A stretch of 64,000 nucleotides of DNA from contig JBDTOT010000002.1 of NCBI GenBank assembly GCA_039933105.1, positions 26,058-90,057 of the forward strand, given 5' to 3'. Positions 1 to 8,307 of the stretch are shown here, piece by piece. The notes under the pieces were generated by a model that was not told the DNA's origin, searched no databases, and worked only from the letters and a program-made list of their open reading frames with translations. How positions within the stretch are numbered: the stretch's first letter is position 1; each line of letters begins with the position of its first letter. Source of the DNA: Gammaproteobacteria bacterium (GTDB lineage: Bacteria; Pseudomonadota; Gammaproteobacteria; Steroidobacterales; Rariloculaceae). A program made the translations under genes and the position numbers.

Positions 1-824
1 TCCTGCTGCGCTCGACCGACGTGCTGCACGACTTCGCGGTCCCAGAATTTCGCGTGAAAATGGACCTCGTGCCAGGCCTCGTGACCTTTCAATGGTTCAC
101 GCCCACCAAGCTCGGCAACTACGAGATCCTGTGCGAAGAGCTTTGCGGATCCGGGCACTTCGCCATGCGCGGCAAGATCGTGGTTGACGAAGCGGCGGCC
201 TACGAGACATGGCTCGCGGCACAACCGACGTTTGCGGCCACGCAGGCGCAAGCCAAGGGGAATGCCACCGCGGGCGCCGCCAACTACGCGGTCTGCTCCG
301 CATGTCACGGCGCGCAGGGCGAAGGCAACCAGCAGCTGAACGCGCCGAATCTCGCGGGACTAGATGGCTGGTATATCCGACGGCAGATCCACAGTTACCA
401 GCAGCGAATCCGCGGCACGGATAAAGGCGATCAGTTCGGCGTGCAGATGGCGCCGATGGCCAATATCGTTGCCGACCCGACCACGCTCGAGAATGTGATC
501 GCGCATATCGCCACGCTGCCTGGTAAGGCGGCACCGCCAACGGTCACCGGCGATGTCCAACGCGGTCGCAAGCTCTACCAGACTTGCGCGCTTTGCCACC
601 TCGACAATGGCGCCGGCACCTGGGCCACGAACGCGCCGCGCATAGCCGGACGCAGCGACTGGTACCTGAAGCGCCAGCTCGAGTACTTCAAGAGCGGCGT
701 GCGGGGCACCCATCCGGACGACCTTTATGGCGGACAGATGGACTTGATGGTCGGCGCGCTCATCGGCGACCACGCCATCGACGACGTCGTCGCGTACATC
801 AACACGCTGCACGAAGCGAACTAA
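1..824 (+). CDS. cytochrome c oxidase subunit II, 5' end cut by the window edge, fused to two c-type cytochrome domains
   Basis: Frame 3 is open from the window edge (LLRSTDVLHDF). It has the CuA motif CEELCGSGHFAM and two haem-c motifs, CSACH and CALCH. The subunit I gene starts 27 nt downstream. Confidence 0.9.
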   Translation, partial: LLRSTDVLHDFAVPEFRVKMDLVPGLVTFQWFTPTKLGNYEILCEELCGSGHFAMRGKIVVDEAAAYETWLAAQPTFAATQAQAKGNATAGAANYAVCSACHGAQGEGNQQLNAPNLAGLDGWYIRRQIHSYQQRIRGTDKGDQFGVQMAPMANIVADPTTLENVIAHIATLPGKAAPPTVTGDVQRGRKLYQTCALCHLDNGAGTWATNAPRIAGRSDWYLKRQLEYFKSGVRGTHPDDLYGGQMDLMVGALIGDHAIDDVVAYINTLHEAN

Positions 825-851
825 CGCAACCGAATTCAGAGGAAGAGCGTC

Positions 852-2591
852 ATGGCCTACGTTGCAATTGCCGATCGGGATCATCACCTGCATGACCCGC
901 AAACCTTCATCCAAAAGTACGTCTGGAGCCAGGACCACAAGGTCATCGCAATCCAGTACGGCAGCGTCGCGATCTTCGTCGGCTTGATCGCGCTGGTGCT
1001 GTCGCTGTTCATGCGGCTCGAGATCGGCTTCCCCGAAAGATTCAGCTTCATCACGCCGTACACGTATTACCAGTTCGTGACCATGCACGGCATGATCATG
1101 GTGATCTATCTGCTGACCGCTCTCTTCCTCGGCGGCTTCGGCAACTACCTGATCCCGCTCATGTGTGGCGCCCGGGACATGGTGTTCCCGTACCTGAACA
1201 TGCTGAGCTTCTGGGTGTACCTGGTGTCCGTCATTGTGTTGCTCACGAGTTTCTTCGTGCCGGGCGGCCCGACAGGCGGCGGCTGGACGTTGTATCCACC
1301 GCAGACCATTACGGCCGGCACTCCAGGCCACCAGTGGGGAATTCTGCTGATGCTGCTGTCGCTCGCGATCTTCATCGTCGCGTTCACGATGGGCGGCCTC
1401 AACTACGTGACGACGGTGCTGCAGGCCCGCTGCCGAGGCATGACGCTCATGCGCATGCCGCTCTCCGTGTGGGGCATTTTCGTCGCGACGATCCTGGGCC
1501 TTCTGGCGTTCCCGGCGCTGCTCGTCGCCGCCATCATGATGATTCTCGACCGCACGATCGGCACGAGCTTCTTCATGCCGGCGCTGATGTCGCTCGGCGA
1601 GATCAATAAGACCGACGGCGGCAGCCCGATCCTCTTCCAGCACCTGTTCTGGTTCTTCGGTCACCCCGAGGTGTACATCGTCGCGCTGCCTGCGTTTGGC
1701 ATCGTGTCCGATCTCTTGTCGACGCATGCCCGCAAGAACATCTTCGGCTACCGCATGATGGTGTGGGCCATCGTCGCGATCGGCGCTCTGTCGTTCGTCG
1801 TGTGGGCGCACCACATGTATGTCAGCGGCATGAACCCGTACTTCGGGTTCTTCTTCGCGACGACGACGCTGATCATCGCGATCCCCACCGCCATCAAGGT
1901 CTACAACTGGGTGCTGACACTGTGGCGCGGCGACATCCAGATCAATACGCCGAACTTGTTCGCGATCGGCTTCATCTTTACGTTCGTGCACGGCGGCCTC
2001 ACGGGTCTGTTCCTCGGCAACGTCACAGTCGACCTGCCTCTCTCGGACACGTACTTCGTGATCGGCCACTTCCATATGGTCATGGGCGTGTCGCCCGTCA
2101 TGGTGCTGTTCGGCGCCATCTACCACTGGTTCCCCAAGATCACGGGCAAGATGCCGAACGAGTTCCTCGGCCGCATCCACTTCTGGATGACGTTCCTCGG
2201 CACTTACGCGATCTACCTACCGATGCACTACCTGGGCATCCTCGGTCTGCCGCGCCGCTACTACGCGTACGGCAACACGACCTTGCTCACGCCGTCGGCG
2301 CAGGCCGTGAACGAGGCGATCACGATCGCCGCGATCGTCGTCGCCACCGCGCAGGTGATCTTCCTGATCAACGTGTTCTACAGCCTGCGCAAGGGCAAGG
2401 CCGCCCCGCACAACCCGTGGGGCGCAACCACGCTCGAGTGGCAAACGCCCGAACTCGTGCCAAAGCACGGCAACTGGGGGCCGAAGCTACCGATCGTCTA
2501 TCGCTGGGCGTACGACTACAGCGTGCCTGGCGAGGAAAAAGACTTCGTTCCGCAGAACGTGCCACCGAAAGACCACACGTCGCTCGGCTAA
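852..2591 (+). CDS. haem-copper oxidase subunit I
   Basis: 579 aa polytopic protein with FFGHPEVY and WAHHMY motifs typical of subunit I. Confidence 0.95.
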   Translation: MAYVAIADRDHHLHDPQTFIQKYVWSQDHKVIAIQYGSVAIFVGLIALVLSLFMRLEIGFPERFSFITPYTYYQFVTMHGMIMVIYLLTALFLGGFGNYLIPLMCGARDMVFPYLNMLSFWVYLVSVIVLLTSFFVPGGPTGGGWTLYPPQTITAGTPGHQWGILLMLLSLAIFIVAFTMGGLNYVTTVLQARCRGMTLMRMPLSVWGIFVATILGLLAFPALLVAAIMMILDRTIGTSFFMPALMSLGEINKTDGGSPILFQHLFWFFGHPEVYIVALPAFGIVSDLLSTHARKNIFGYRMMVWAIVAIGALSFVVWAHHMYVSGMNPYFGFFFATTTLIIAIPTAIKVYNWVLTLWRGDIQINTPNLFAIGFIFTFVHGGLTGLFLGNVTVDLPLSDTYFVIGHFHMVMGVSPVMVLFGAIYHWFPKITGKMPNEFLGRIHFWMTFLGTYAIYLPMHYLGILGLPRRYYAYGNTTLLTPSAQAVNEAITIAAIVVATAQVIFLINVFYSLRKGKAAPHNPWGATTLEWQTPELVPKHGNWGPKLPIVYRWAYDYSVPGEEKDFVPQNVPPKDHTSLG

Positions 2592-2606
2592 CCGGAGCTC
2601 ACGGCC

Positions 2607-3293
2607 ATGTTTGCAGCCCTGACAATCGCCATGCTCGCGGCCATCGCCGTGTGGTGGGTATTGATCCAGCAGTTGAAGGACAAGCCGTGGCTGACGCAGG
2701 GCGTGATTCCAACAAGTCAGGAAGGCATCACGTCTTCGGCGCCGCAGGTGGGTCTGTGGCTGTTCCTGGCCGTCGTGTCGAGCCTATTCGGCTTGTTCGC
2801 GAGCGCGTATGTGATGCGCATGCATGGCCATGGCGGCCTCGAAAGTTGGCAGCGGCTCGACGAGCCCAGCATCCTCTGGATCAACACGCTGGTGCTCGTG
2901 CTCGCGAGCGGCGCGCTGCAGATCGCACGTAACCGCATCGACAAGGATCAGCTCGCGCACGGGCGGGCGCACTTCCTCGCCGGTGGCTTGCTGACCGCGC
3001 TTTTCCTCGTGGGCCAGGTAGCTGCGTGGCGACTCGCCAATCCAAACGGTACTCTCGGCGCGAGCAGCCCCGCATATAGCTTGTTCGTGCTTGTGACGGC
3101 CGCGCACGGCTTGCACCTCATCGGAGGGTTGTTCGTGCTCGGCCGAACGGCCAAGCATTTGTTCGGCGACGTCGATAAGGCGGGCGTCGTCACTCGCAGT
3201 CGGCTGCGTCTCAGCGTGCAGCTCTGCACGACTTACTTTCACTGGTTGCTCTTGATCTGGCTCGGCCTGTTCGCGTTACTGCTCTCGACCTAG
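2607..3293 (+). CDS. cytochrome c oxidase subunit III-like protein (first of two)
   Basis: 228 aa membrane protein. HGLHLIGGLFVL and C-terminal YFHWLLLIWLGLF resemble subunit III signature regions. It lies directly after subunit I. Confidence 0.7.
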   Translation: MFAALTIAMLAAIAVWWVLIQQLKDKPWLTQGVIPTSQEGITSSAPQVGLWLFLAVVSSLFGLFASAYVMRMHGHGGLESWQRLDEPSILWINTLVLVLASGALQIARNRIDKDQLAHGRAHFLAGGLLTALFLVGQVAAWRLANPNGTLGASSPAYSLFVLVTAAHGLHLIGGLFVLGRTAKHLFGDVDKAGVVTRSRLRLSVQLCTTYFHWLLLIWLGLFALLLST

Positions 3294-3308
3294 AAGGAAT
3301 CCTTCGCA

Positions 3309-3998
3309 ATGGCGCAATCGCAAGCTGCGGCTACACACGCCGCCGACACAGAAACGGCGTGGCAAGCCCTCGCTACCGATTGGTCCGCGGACAAACAAAC
3401 GTTCCGCGTGCCATGGGGCAAGGCGATGATGTGGATCTTCCTGCTCTCCGACACGTTCATCTTCTCGTGCTTCCTCACGGGCTACATGAACGTGCGGGTG
3501 TCGACGGCCGTACCCTGGCCGAACCCGAGCGAAGTCTTTGGCCTCGACGTATTCGGCGTCAGCGTGCCTTTGCTTCTGATCGGCATCATGACGTTCGACC
3601 TCATCACGAGCAGCGGCACAATGGCGCTCGCCGTCAACTTCGGCTATCGCCGCGATCGCGGCCGCACAGCCGCGCTGATGTTCATGACCGCGGCGTTCGG
3701 CGCGATCTTCGTCGCGATGCAAGCGTTCGAGTGGACCAAGCTCATCACGCAGGAAGGCGTCCGACCGTGGAGCAACCCCATGGGCGCGTCGCAGTTCGGC
3801 GCTTCGTTCTTCATGATCACAGGGTTCCACGGCCTGCACGTGTCCGCGGGTGTCGTGTACCTATGCGTCGTGGCGTTCAAGGTGCTGCGCGGCGATTACG
3901 AAAAGCGGGGTTACGAGATTGTTGAGATCGCGGGCCTGTACTGGCACTTCGTCGACCTCGTCTGGGTGTTCATTTTCGCGTTCTTCTATCTTTGGTAG
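3309..3998 (+). CDS. cytochrome c oxidase subunit III
   Basis: 229 aa with GFHGLHVSAGVVYL and YWHFVDLVWVFIFAFFYLW, classical subunit III motifs. Confidence 0.85.
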   Translation: MAQSQAAATHAADTETAWQALATDWSADKQTFRVPWGKAMMWIFLLSDTFIFSCFLTGYMNVRVSTAVPWPNPSEVFGLDVFGVSVPLLLIGIMTFDLITSSGTMALAVNFGYRRDRGRTAALMFMTAAFGAIFVAMQAFEWTKLITQEGVRPWSNPMGASQFGASFFMITGFHGLHVSAGVVYLCVVAFKVLRGDYEKRGYEIVEIAGLYWHFVDLVWVFIFAFFYLW

Positions 3999-4007
3999 GG
4001 GCCTAAG

Positions 4008-4367
4008 ATGTCAGCAGCGACCGGACAACAGCATCCGTTAAAGCTCTACTTCTGGATCTGGGGATTGCTGTTCCTATTCAGCGGATTTTCCTACGCCACG
4101 GATTTCCTGCCGCACGGCTACTTCCGCTGGGGCTTGATCCTGCTATTCATGGTGGCGAAGGCCGGCCTGATCATCGCGATCTTCATGCACATGGCGTGGG
4201 AGCGAAAAGCGCTGATCTGGGCCATCCTGGGGCCGCCGGTCGTGCTGCTCGTGTTGATCGCGCTCATGGTCATCGAAGGGGACTACACCGAATTCACGCG
4301 CTTAACGTCGTTCTCGGCCCCGCTCGTTCCCGCCGGGCACGCGGCCGCTGAAGAGGCGCACCACTAG
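4008..4367 (+). CDS. prokaryotic cytochrome c oxidase subunit IV family protein
   Basis: 119 aa with 3 predicted TM helices. It starts 9 nt after subunit III, and its size and position are typical of the bacterial subunit IV family. Confidence 0.6.
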   Translation: MSAATGQQHPLKLYFWIWGLLFLFSGFSYATDFLPHGYFRWGLILLFMVAKAGLIIAIFMHMAWERKALIWAILGPPVVLLVLIALMVIEGDYTEFTRLTSFSAPLVPAGHAAAEEAHH

Positions 4368-4399
4368 CACGCGGCCGCACGGCCCGGAAGGTTCATTCG

Positions 4400-4708
4400 A
4401 TGTTGATCTGGTTGATTGGCGTCGCGGTCTTCGTCCTGATCTGGGGTAGGCTCTGGCGCGTGCTGCCGGCCGCTGGCTTCGGCGTGCTGATCGGGTTACC
4501 GTTGGCGTGGGTCGCGTCGCTTCTCATCACACCGTACGTCACAGGCATGCAAGCAATACCCCTTTGGTTACCGCCGCTGCCGCTCGTGATCGTCGCCGTC
4601 ACGTTGTTCGTGTTCGGTGTCATCACTTGGCTCCGCGCCGACAAGCTCACGCCGTTGAAAGACACGGATGCGCACGACGACCACGGTCACGGCGACACTC
4701 ATCACTGA
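4400..4708 (+). CDS. small membrane protein with His/Asp-rich C-terminal tail
   Basis: 102 aa with about 3 hydrophobic helices and the tail DTDAHDDHGHGDTHH. It is the last co-directional gene of the oxidase operon. Confidence 0.5.
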   Translation: MLIWLIGVAVFVLIWGRLWRVLPAAGFGVLIGLPLAWVASLLITPYVTGMQAIPLWLPPLPLVIVAVTLFVFGVITWLRADKLTPLKDTDAHDDHGHGDTHH

Positions 4709-4720
4709 CCATCGTCCGCG

Positions 4721-5065
4721 TCAGTCGTCCTTGGTCTTCTGCTCCGCGGCGCGCCCGAGGCGTTTCACGAAGACTCGCATCTCGTTAGCGGCCTGCCGGT
4801 CGCCGCGCCGTTCAGCCACTTCGATACCACGCTCATAGGCCTGCTGCGCTTCCACGGTCTTGCCCGCGGCCGCGAGCGCTTTGCCGAGCGCCTTCCACCC
4901 CGCTGAGTACTCCGGGTCGATACGCACGGCGCCCTGGGCGTGGCGCACGGCGGCAGCGGCATCGCCGGCCTCGAGATAGCGGGACGCGAGTGCGAGTCGC
5001 AACGTCGCGCCGTCGCCGCCCTTCGCGAGCAGCGCTTCGAGATTCGCGATGAGATCTTGCGTCAT
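4721..5065 (-). CDS. TPR repeat protein
   Basis: The internal ATG at 5063-5065 gives MTQDLIANLEALL. TPR-like Ala/Gly-rich helical repeats are present (ASRYLEAGDAAAAVRHAQGAVRIDPEYSAGWKALGKALAAAGK). The longer 175-aa ORF has an implausible N-terminal extension. Confidence 0.6.
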   Translation of the reverse strand: MTQDLIANLEALLAKGGDGATLRLALASRYLEAGDAAAAVRHAQGAVRIDPEYSAGWKALGKALAAAGKTVEAQQAYERGIEVAERRGDRQAANEMRVFVKRLGRAAEQKTKDD

Positions 5066-5238
5066 ACGTGCCGTAACGATAGCACCCGGAGCCGGGGGCA
5101 AGGCGCTGCGAACAGAGCGCGACTGCTCGGGCGCTTGTTGCGCGGGCTGTCTGGCCAACGCCACCGCAGGGTGGCTATAGTAATCGGGCGCCTCCGCGAC
5201 GATTCCGTCGTCGGCTGGCCGGAGTGGGGGGAATGCAC

Positions 5239-5640
5239 ATGCGAGCAAGTTGGCGACTCATCGTGCCGGCCGCGCTGTTGGCGACGCTCGGCGGCGCGGC
5301 CCAGGCGCACCACTCCTTCACTGCCACGTATTTCGAAGGCCGCACGGTCGAGATCCAAGGCAAGCTGTTGCAGTTCCTGTTCCGCAATCCTCACTCGTTC
5401 GTGCACGTCGAAGTCATGGACGAGAAAGGCGAACTGCATCGCTGGGCCGTCGAGTGGGGCGGTGCCGGGGCACTCGCGAACCAGGGCGTCACGAATCAAA
5501 CGCTGCACATCGGCGACATCGTGACGATCTCCGGCAATCCGGGCCGCGAAGCCGGCGACTATCGCTTGCGCATGCAGTTCCTGCGGCGCCCGGCAGACGG
5601 CTTCGAGTGGGGCCGCAAACCCGGCGAGACTTTCAACTGA
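5239..5640 (+). CDS. DUF6152 family secreted protein
   Basis: Signal peptide MRASWRLIVPAALLATLGGAAQA is followed by HHSF and NPH, recalled as the DUF6152 pattern. The start is ambiguous among GTG 5224, ATG 5233 and ATG 5239. Confidence 0.7.
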   Translation: MRASWRLIVPAALLATLGGAAQAHHSFTATYFEGRTVEIQGKLLQFLFRNPHSFVHVEVMDEKGELHRWAVEWGGAGALANQGVTNQTLHIGDIVTISGNPGREAGDYRLRMQFLRRPADGFEWGRKPGETFN

Positions 5641-5651
5641 GGCCGCACCGC

Positions 5652-6503
5652 GTGCGCACGTTCATAGCCAGCAGCGCGCTGCTCGCGGCACTCGCGATTG
5701 CAGGGCCCGCGTTTGCGCAGATCAGCTTGGTCGGCGAATGGACCGGCAAGTACCACGAGGATTTCGACGATCGCGTGCCCGGTGGTTTGCAGGGCGACTT
5801 CTCGGGCGTGCCGATGAACGATGCCGCGCGGCGTTACGCGGACGCGTACAACGTCACGCGAGTCACGCTCCTCGAGCACCAGTGCCAGCCTTACAACGTC
5901 GCGCACATTTATCGCGGGCCGCTGCAGTTCCGCGTGTGGGAAGACAAGGACCCTGGGACGCAGGAAATCATTGCGTATCGCCAGTACATAGGCACCTACC
6001 AGCAGTACCGCACAATCTGGATGGACGGGCGAGCGCGGCCACCCGATTACGCACCGCACACGTCCATGGGTTTCTCGCTCGGCGAATGGCACGGCGACAT
6101 CCTCACCGTCACCACGACCCACATCAAAAAGGAGTTCTACCGGCGCAGCGGCGCTCCGAGCAGTGACTTGACCACGCTCGTCGAGCACTACATACGCCAT
6201 GGCAATCTGCTGTCGCACGTCATGCTCATCACAGACCCCGTGTATCTCACGGAGCCGTTCGTGCAGAGCGAAGAGTTCGTGCTGATGGAACGCGGCAACC
6301 AGAACTGGCTGTACAACTGCGAGTACGTCATGGAAGTGCCGATGGACAAGAACAAGGTGCCGCACTACTTGCCCGGCCAGAATCCGTTCATCCAGGATTT
6401 CGCGAAGAAGTTCGGCCTGCCGTTCGATGCCGTGTCCGGCGGTGCGCCCACCACGTATCCCGATTACCTGCCGACGCTCGAGCGGCTCATGAACCGCAAA
6501 TGA
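5652..6503 (+). CDS. secreted protein of unknown function (paralog family member 1)
   Basis: GTG start with GAGG 9 nt upstream and signal peptide VRTFIASSALLAALAIAGPAFAQ. Core motifs are CQP, RTIWMDGR, GEWHGDILTVTT and DPVYLTEPF. Confidence 0.7.
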   Translation: MRTFIASSALLAALAIAGPAFAQISLVGEWTGKYHEDFDDRVPGGLQGDFSGVPMNDAARRYADAYNVTRVTLLEHQCQPYNVAHIYRGPLQFRVWEDKDPGTQEIIAYRQYIGTYQQYRTIWMDGRARPPDYAPHTSMGFSLGEWHGDILTVTTTHIKKEFYRRSGAPSSDLTTLVEHYIRHGNLLSHVMLITDPVYLTEPFVQSEEFVLMERGNQNWLYNCEYVMEVPMDKNKVPHYLPGQNPFIQDFAKKFGLPFDAVSGGAPTTYPDYLPTLERLMNRK

Positions 6504-7408
6504 CGCGTCTCCCGCTCATTCTCGCGTTACTCACCGTTGCGGCGGTCGGCCCCGACGCTGCTGCGCAGCCGCGCATCGAAGCGTTCCACGTGCAGGGCAA
6601 CGTCTACTTGCTGGCTGGCGCGGGATCCAACGTCGCGGTTCAGATCGGCGACGAAGGCGTGCTCGTCGTCGATACTGGCGCCGCGGCCACGCGCGAGCCA
6701 TTGCTCGCTGCGATCCGGCGGCTGTCCACGAAGCCGATCCGCTGGATCGTCAACACGAGCCTGGACGCTGAGCACACGGGCGGCAACACCACGATCTCCC
6801 AGGCCGGCCAAACAGTGAACGGCAATCCCGCCGCGATCATCGCGCACGAGAACACGCTGTCGCGCATGTCGGCGGAGAATCGCGCGGCCACGGATCTGCC
6901 ACTGAACAGCTTCTTCGAGGACGGTCGCGACTTCTCATTCAACGGCGAGGCCGTGTTCCTGTACCACGTGCCCGCCGCGCACAGTGACGGCGACCTCATC
7001 GTCTACTTCCGCGGCTCCGACGTATTGGTGGCCGGCGATGTCTTCGTGACGACGAGTTACCCCGTCATCCGCGGTGACGCCGGCGGCGGCGTCGACGGCT
7101 TCGTCGCGGGCTTGAACAAGCTGCTCGACGTGGCGGTGCCGAAATACCTGCAGGAAGGCGGCACGTACGTCATCCCCGGCCACGGCCGAGTCGGCGACGA
7201 GGCCGACATTCTCGAGTTCCGCGACATGGTCGTGATCCTGCGCGACCGAATCGCGAGCCTCATCGCCAAAGGCATGACGCTCGAGCAGGTCATGGCCACT
7301 AAGCCCACGCTCGATTACGACCAGCGCTACGCGACCGCCGCGTGGACACCCGCGATGTTCGTCGCGGCGGTGTACCGCGACCTGCAGCAGCGTAAAGGCG
7401 GCCGTTGA
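6500..7408 (+). CDS. MBL-fold protein with signal peptide and a degenerate metal-binding motif
   Basis: ATGA overlap with the upstream gene. It has the MBL-like layout VLVVDTG, NTSLDAEHTGGN, AHSDGDLIVYF and VIPGHG. The canonical HxHxDH reads SLDAEH here. Confidence 0.75.
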   Translation: MTRLPLILALLTVAAVGPDAAAQPRIEAFHVQGNVYLLAGAGSNVAVQIGDEGVLVVDTGAAATREPLLAAIRRLSTKPIRWIVNTSLDAEHTGGNTTISQAGQTVNGNPAAIIAHENTLSRMSAENRAATDLPLNSFFEDGRDFSFNGEAVFLYHVPAAHSDGDLIVYFRGSDVLVAGDVFVTTSYPVIRGDAGGGVDGFVAGLNKLLDVAVPKYLQEGGTYVIPGHGRVGDEADILEFRDMVVILRDRIASLIAKGMTLEQVMATKPTLDYDQRYATAAWTPAMFVAAVYRDLQQRKGGR

Positions 7409-8280
7409 TGTTCTCGCTCCGCAGCGCTGGCGTCGCACTCATGACAGGTCTGCTGCTCGGCGGCAGTGCCACCGTTCTCGCACAGCGCGCGACCGCGCCG
7501 CCCGACACCACGCCGCGCGCGAGCGCGCCGATCGACCTCACCGGCTACTGGGTGGCAGTGGTCAGCGAGGACTGGCGCCATCGCATGGCGACCGCGCGCA
7601 AAGGCGATTTCGAAAGCGTGCCGCTGAATGCGGAGGGTCGCCGCGTGGCGAACACGTGGAGTCTAGACGCCGACAACGCTGCCGGTGAGCAATGCAAAGC
7701 GTTCGGAGTCGGCGGCCTCATGCGCCAACCCGGGCGCCTGCATATCACGTGGGCCGACGACGACACGCTGAAAGTGGAATTCGACGCCGGCACTCAAACG
7801 CGGCTCTTCGAGTTCGGCACTCCGCCGACTGCGAGCGGGGCGAAGACCTGGCAGGGGCTGTCGAAAGCGCGCTGGATCAAGCCGCCGGGCGCGAGCACCG
7901 GACCGGTCCGCGCGCAAATCGGCAATGACGCGGGCCCGGTGCTCGCCGGTGGCGGCGGCCGCGGCCAACGCGGCGGCCCGACGCCTTCGGCCGCGCTGAA
8001 CGAGGGCGGCTCGCTCGAAGTCACCACGACGGCGTTCCGCGTGGGATATCTGCGCAAGAACGGCGTGCCCTACAGCGAAGCCGCAAAGATCACGGAATAT
8101 ATCCACCGTCTGCCGGCGGCACCGAACGGCGACGCGTGGCTACACGTCGTCACCATCGTGGACGACCCGCAATATCTGAACGAGCCGTTCTACACGAGCA
8201 CGATGTTCAAGCGCGAGCCGAGCGGCGCGAAGTGGCACCCGACCGAGTGCCGCACGCCGCCCCCTCCCGGCACACCTTGA
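7408..8280 (+). CDS. secreted protein of unknown function (paralog family member 2)
   Basis: The start overlaps the MBL stop (TGATG). It has a signal peptide, then YWVAVVSEDW, CKAFGVGG, LEVTTTAF and DDPQYLNEPF, which align with the 5652 and 25469 proteins. Confidence 0.7.
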   Translation: MFSLRSAGVALMTGLLLGGSATVLAQRATAPPDTTPRASAPIDLTGYWVAVVSEDWRHRMATARKGDFESVPLNAEGRRVANTWSLDADNAAGEQCKAFGVGGLMRQPGRLHITWADDDTLKVEFDAGTQTRLFEFGTPPTASGAKTWQGLSKARWIKPPGASTGPVRAQIGNDAGPVLAGGGGRGQRGGPTPSAALNEGGSLEVTTTAFRVGYLRKNGVPYSEAAKITEYIHRLPAAPNGDAWLHVVTIVDDPQYLNEPFYTSTMFKREPSGAKWHPTECRTPPPPGTP

Positions 8281-8307
8281 ACCGTTGCCGAACACCGGGG
8301 GTTCAGA

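Noticed and set aside
360-2180. Very long antisense ORFs opposite real genes. Examples are 360-2180(-), 8395-9858(-), 39238-41142(-), 49895-51307(-), 56411-57457(+) and 60502-61968(-).
   Set aside because: Their products are Arg/His/Asp/Ala-rich and of low complexity with no recognisable motifs. The opposite strand encodes clearly identifiable proteins. Open antisense frames of this kind are a normal artefact of high-GC DNA.
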